Assembly: GCA_029856045.1 (NCBI GenBank)
Contig: JAHQWG010000028.1
Location: forward strand, 320,730-384,729
DNA from: Promethearchaeia archaeon
Lineage (GTDB): Archaea > Asgardarchaeota > Lokiarchaeia > Sigyniarchaeales > SOKP01
Direction of reading: 5' to 3'
DNA length: 64,000 nt
Within the stretch, counting starts at the first letter, position 1. Every line of letters starts with the position of its first letter. The notes under the pieces were generated by a model. The model was not told the origin of the DNA. It did not search any database and saw only the letters and a list, made by a program, of their open reading frames with translations. Of this stretch, positions 59,595 to 64,000 are shown in pieces. Position numbers and translations under genes: made by a program.

Positions 59595-62500
59595 TTGAGA
59601 TTGAGGATTATAAAACATTATAAAAAGTTAATAATATTATTTATTATTTTATTAAATCTAAGTTTTTTGTTAAACATTAGTCCAAATACTACACTTTTCT
59701 CACAAGATGATTCAATATTAGAATTGGATGATAATAAGAAGATTGAGAATTTAGAAAATATTGATGAAAATCCACTTGATAATAATTCTATAAATATTGA
59801 TCTATTAAAATCATCGAACTTTAATTATACTTCTTTATCTAACGTATCGCAATTTGACGTTAGGGAAGAGGCTCAAAGTTTAGATTCAATTTATGAATAT
59901 GATATAGGAAATCCCTATAATGAATATCAAGTAGGAGTACCATTTGGCTGGAATGCCTCGAGCTGTTCAATTAATGTCTCAACTTATGAAAAAACCCAAC
60001 ATTTAGAAAATAATGATTTTGATCCAGATCCTAATTGGAATTATTATACTTTTAAGCAAGATTCTCATGTAGAAATAAAATCAGAGGAAAGAGACAAAGC
60101 AGGATATGTAAAATTTAAGGATAATGATGATGATGAAAAATTTTATGAAGGTGATTTTGCAGTTATTACACAATCAATAACAAATGCAAATCAAAATGGT
60201 GCAAGTGTTCATATAGGAGATGTTATCCAAGAAGCTAATAATATTACTGCAATTGATAGTGATTTTCTATCTAATCCCTACTACTCTCAAGATTATGATA
60301 ATCCTTATGGGGGTCAAACAGGTTCCGGAGATAACACATATCTTTTTCATGGGTTCGATTATTTAGTCGCTCAAATTGTGCCCGCAGCATATATATTTTC
60401 TAGGAAAAACCCTTCAATTGCTTGGTGGACAACGTTTAACATACCATTTAAGGTAGATTATGCACAAATTACAATATCATGGTTGATGAATAATTTAAAT
60501 TTTGAGAAGGAAGATGGGTATAGAGTTTGTGCAAGGATAAATAATGAATATATTGACGGAAGAGAAGCAATTGATGGCGAATATTGGTCTGAAAACGCCA
60601 CAGAAACAACGATTGCATATTATGGATATAATGATTATGTTACCGGACAAGATCATGGCTTAGTTACAAGAACATACAATATAACCAATTTAATTAAAGG
60701 TTTAAGTGGCGAAATGAAAATAGATTTTGGTATTTGGGCGTATCATCCAACTAGTGAAAATGATGAAATCGAAGTGAAGTTTGACAATCTTCAAATATAT
60801 GCAAATTGCTCCAAAAAACACAAAACAGGATCATTGGAGTTCGATTTAAAATGGGATGATGTAGGTAATTTTTTTTTAGGTGACACTTATTATTCTAATT
60901 ATTTCAGTACATACGTTGTTGTTGATGAAGATGAACAATGGATTAGAATTTTTCCATTTAATGAAATATTAAATTTAACTCAAGGATCTTTCTATCATTA
61001 TATTTTTAATTTCTCAGAAGAACATATTCATTTATTAGAACGAAATAATTTTGATTTTAAAATAGGAGTTCGTTTTGAGGAAACTTGCCCAATCGAATGG
61101 GAATTTGAACTTAGATTTTGGTTTGATAATATATATTTAAATGTTCAATATGATCATCCTAATCCCACTTATTCTGGTTTACAAATGAGAATAAATGGAA
61201 CCAATCAAGAAAAAGTTACTACTCAACCTTATGATGTTGATATCTCTAACTGGGAAGGAGGTAAACAATATAATTTTAGCTTTCTTTCAGAAAATTTTAC
61301 TTCACTTTATATGGATTTTCTTATTAATCTGTCTCTTTTTATTCATAAATATTCATTTAATGCATCAATTGCAAGTTATGAAATTCTTCCATCTCAAAAT
61401 TTAGTTTCATGGAATGTAACTTACAATAACTCAAACACTTACAATTCTCTTAAAATAACAAATCAATCCGGTCTAATTAATATAATAAATTACACTATTC
61501 AAATTTTCGATTTTCCTGCTTTTGATGGGCTAGGATTATATAGCTCAGATTGGTGTATATCTGGTCTTACAGGCCCCAATTATCAGAATTATAGTGGAAT
61601 TATGATTAAATTTAATGGAACTTCTAATTTCTATCAAAGTGTTTTAATTAAAAATCCAGATGTTGGTGGTCAGTGGATTGTTCAGGCAACTCAACCAAAT
61701 TATATCGATGAGTTAATTATTAATTCAACAAACTATTATAATGGAAATTTTTTGCAATATAACGTTAGCACATACAATGAAACAGTCTTTGGTAATTTTA
61801 GTATTAATATATATAATGATTCAAAGGATTTTGTTAATGAATCAACACATAGCAATGTTTTTGGTGATTTATCTAGCCAATGGAATATAGTAGATTATGG
61901 AATTGGTGTCTATACTTTAGAGGTATTTTGGAATGACACAAATTCAGAGAAACAAACTTTAAGGATAGGGTTTTGGAATAAAACTTTTGAAATATGGCGG
62001 AAATCAAATGCTAAACTTTTAGAAAAACATGTTAAATTAGAATCTGGAGAAAATGCTGAATTTAAAATATCATATAATTCTACAGAACCATCAGAATATG
62101 GAATAAGTGATGCTACTATAGAATGTTGGGAAAATCATTCAGGTACTTGGAATAAATGGGGGGAATATTGGGTTGGAACTTATTTAATTGATTCGCTTCA
62201 ATATGAAAATTTTGGGAATTACACTCTTAAATTGAAGACTTCTGGTGTTCCACAGGAGAATTATAGTGTAACATTAGTTTTTATTAAAGAATTTTACCAA
62301 CATCAAAATTTAACTTCTTGGATTGATGTATCGGGAGATCCATTAAATATGTCAATTACTTGGGGTGCATCTTGGGACGATTTAGTGGATCAAAATATTG
62401 TTTGGGCAAATAATACCCCTTATGTAAATGACACCATAAATAGTGTTATTCAAGTTAGATTAGTTAATGAATCTAATCCGGAGCAATTATTAGAAGATGG

Positions 62501-64000
62501 AATTGTTAGTGCTAAATTGAGTTCAAATATTATTTATGGAATAGAGGTATATGCAATCACCCATAATGAAGGAGATAAAGGAAAATATAATCTCACTATT
62601 GATACAACTGGATTAGATGTTTCTCAAGGGAATAATAATAAAACGCTATTCATAATAGGTAGTGCACCAGGATTTAATCCAGATCAACTGAATGTTACAA
62701 TGCTTATTAACCCAATTCCAACTATGATTACTATTGAAGATGTTCAATCAGTATATGAAGAAGGTGAAATTCAAGTTCAAGGAATCTTCTATAACCTTAT
62801 AGATCCTCAATATCCCAAAACAGTCAGTTCTGGAAATTTATATTGGATAATAGAAAATGATAGTGTTAAGATATCTGGAGAAATGAATTTATTAGCCGAA
62901 GGTATATATTTTCAAACTGTTTCTTTAAGTGAATCTAATTATCTTTATCCTGGTCCATATGATATCTTTATTAACGGAACTGCAACTAACTGTGAAGACG
63001 TAAATAGTACAACCAAAATTTTAGTAATAAAACCAAAGATTAATACAATTTTAACTATTGAATTACCAGAAATTATTCGGATAAAGCAATCATTTCAGAT
63101 CATATGTAGTTTATCATTTATTAATGGTACACCTCTAATTAATCGATTTATTCAAGTAAATTTAACTCTTAAAACTAGCGAAGGAACGCTATATAGTTTT
63201 TTGGTATCTTTAATATCAAATACAGAGGGTGTTGGAACTTATGAATATATAATCCCTGCTCATTATGAAAATGGAAATATTACAATGAATGCGTATTATC
63301 TTGGAGAATATTGGATTAAGACAGCATTTGGAAATGAATATAGAGATATTTTTGGAAAAATTCCCACTTCTCTTAGTATTATCAATTCATCATCTTCAAT
63401 ACAGGTTGGTTATAATACTTACTATGAAATGCAACTATCTATTTCGAATGTATCAGATCTTAAGGATTATTTTATATTATTCTCTGCGTTTTATGATGAT
63501 GATACTGAAGCGTTCATATTAAAAGATTTAAATACTGACCAAGAGGGTAAGTGTAATTATACAATTTGGGAGATAGACAATAATAGACATAAATTAAGAG
63601 TCTATTTTGAATACTTGGGAACTGAAACAATAGCATATAATTTCACATCTGAGGAAAGAGATATCATACAAAAATGGAATACTACTATACATATTTCAGA
63701 TTTAGGATATATCCCAAGATTTGGACAAATAATACCAATAAACCTTGGTTTTTCGTGCATAGAGGATCCTTTATTATCTTATGAAGGATTGGGAGTTTTA
63801 ATTATTTTTAAATATGGTATCATCACTTCTACAATTCAAATGTATATTGATGAAACCAATCAGTTAAGTTTTGATTACCCAATTGCCGACTATTTTAATG
63901 GAAATTTGAATATTTCTATTATTTTTGAAGGAACAAACCAAATTAATTTTGTAAATGAAAATAAATCTCTACAAATAGCAAATAAATTAAGTTCAACAAT
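59595..64000 (+). CDS. Very large secreted/surface glycoprotein (3' end outside the window, >1460 aa)
   Basis: TTG start, basic + hydrophobic signal (RIIKHYKKLIILFIILLNLSFLL), beta-rich with many NxS/T sequons. The frame was spot-checked open to the window end; it is absent from the ORF track because it has no stop. Confidence 0.8.
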   Translation, partial: MRLRIIKHYKKLIILFIILLNLSFLLNISPNTTLFSQDDSILELDDNKKIENLENIDENPLDNNSINIDLLKSSNFNYTSLSNVSQFDVREEAQSLDSIYEYDIGNPYNEYQVGVPFGWNASSCSINVSTYEKTQHLENNDFDPDPNWNYYTFKQDSHVEIKSEERDKAGYVKFKDNDDDEKFYEGDFAVITQSITNANQNGASVHIGDVIQEANNITAIDSDFLSNPYYSQDYDNPYGGQTGSGDNTYLFHGFDYLVAQIVPAAYIFSRKNPSIAWWTTFNIPFKVDYAQITISWLMNNLNFEKEDGYRVCARINNEYIDGREAIDGEYWSENATETTIAYYGYNDYVTGQDHGLVTRTYNITNLIKGLSGEMKIDFGIWAYHPTSENDEIEVKFDNLQIYANCSKKHKTGSLEFDLKWDDVGNFFLGDTYYSNYFSTYVVVDEDEQWIRIFPFNEILNLTQGSFYHYIFNFSEEHIHLLERNNFDFKIGVRFEETCPIEWEFELRFWFDNIYLNVQYDHPNPTYSGLQMRINGTNQEKVTTQPYDVDISNWEGGKQYNFSFLSENFTSLYMDFLINLSLFIHKYSFNASIASYEILPSQNLVSWNVTYNNSNTYNSLKITNQSGLINIINYTIQIFDFPAFDGLGLYSSDWCISGLTGPNYQNYSGIMIKFNGTSNFYQSVLIKNPDVGGQWIVQATQPNYIDELIINSTNYYNGNFLQYNVSTYNETVFGNFSINIYNDSKDFVNESTHSNVFGDLSSQWNIVDYGIGVYTLEVFWNDTNSEKQTLRIGFWNKTFEIWRKSNAKLLEKHVKLESGENAEFKISYNSTEPSEYGISDATIECWENHSGTWNKWGEYWVGTYLIDSLQYENFGNYTLKLKTSGVPQENYSVTLVFIKEFYQHQNLTSWIDVSGDPLNMSITWGASWDDLVDQNIVWANNTPYVNDTINSVIQVRLVNESNPEQLLEDGIVSAKLSSNIIYGIEVYAITHNEGDKGKYNLTIDTTGLDVSQGNNNKTLFIIGSAPGFNPDQLNVTMLINPIPTMITIEDVQSVYEEGEIQVQGIFYNLIDPQYPKTVSSGNLYWIIENDSVKISGEMNLLAEGIYFQTVSLSESNYLYPGPYDIFINGTATNCEDVNSTTKILVIKPKINTILTIELPEIIRIKQSFQIICSLSFINGTPLINRFIQVNLTLKTSEGTLYSFLVSLISNTEGVGTYEYIIPAHYENGNITMNAYYLGEYWIKTAFGNEYRDIFGKIPTSLSIINSSSSIQVGYNTYYEMQLSISNVSDLKDYFILFSAFYDDDTEAFILKDLNTDQEGKCNYTIWEIDNNRHKLRVYFEYLGTETIAYNFTSEERDIIQKWNTTIHISDLGYIPRFGQIIPINLGFSCIEDPLLSYEGLGVLIIFKYGIITSTIQMYIDETNQLSFDYPIADYFNGNLNISIIFEGTNQINFVNENKSLQIANKLSST

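Noticed and set aside
61195-63522. Small ORFs 61195-61404 and 63289-63522
   Set aside because: Out-of-frame shadows inside the giant surface-protein ORF.
1-64000. CRISPR array, tRNA or rRNA genes
   Set aside because: No regularly spaced repeats, T-loop/cloverleaf signatures or long GC-rich RNA-like stretches were seen by eye; tRNAscan/Infernal were not run.

Overview
Very AT-rich, gene-dense archaeal chromosomal segment, most likely from an Asgard archaeon (Lokiarchaeia/Promethearchaeota-like). The assignment is an inference from three Rab-like small GTPases, two longin-like proteins, a MEDS-PAS histidine kinase, a signal-less reductive dehalogenase and BRE/TATA-type promoters. From left to right the window holds: a metallophosphoesterase, an orphan MTase and glycerate kinase; a longin/Rab/coiled-coil block bracketed by an exact 24-bp inverted promoter-like repeat, each copy pointing at a small ORF and a GC hairpin; a sugar-catabolism cluster (lsrF, Zn-ADH, rhaB, fucA, GH-like) interrupted by a HEPN-MNT TA pair; an accessory patch (rdhA, a vapBC cassette flanked by ~57-bp direct repeats, a Rab pseudogene, a 5'-decayed kinase); a membrane + EEP gene pair resembling a split CWH43/PGAP2IP; acdA divergent from a 2-oxoacid:ferredoxin oxidoreductase operon whose beta subunit is circularly permuted through its TPP motif; HEAT-Rab-TrmB; two convergent PIG-L paralogues; an ~18-kb glutamine/glutamate cluster (carAB, guaA, lrp, glnA, pyrG, gdhA, nfnA, FrhB-NfnB fusion); and a >1460-aa surface glycoprotein running off the right end. 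No rRNA, tRNA, CRISPR array or transposase was recognised. All assignments come from motif reading; no database searches were run.
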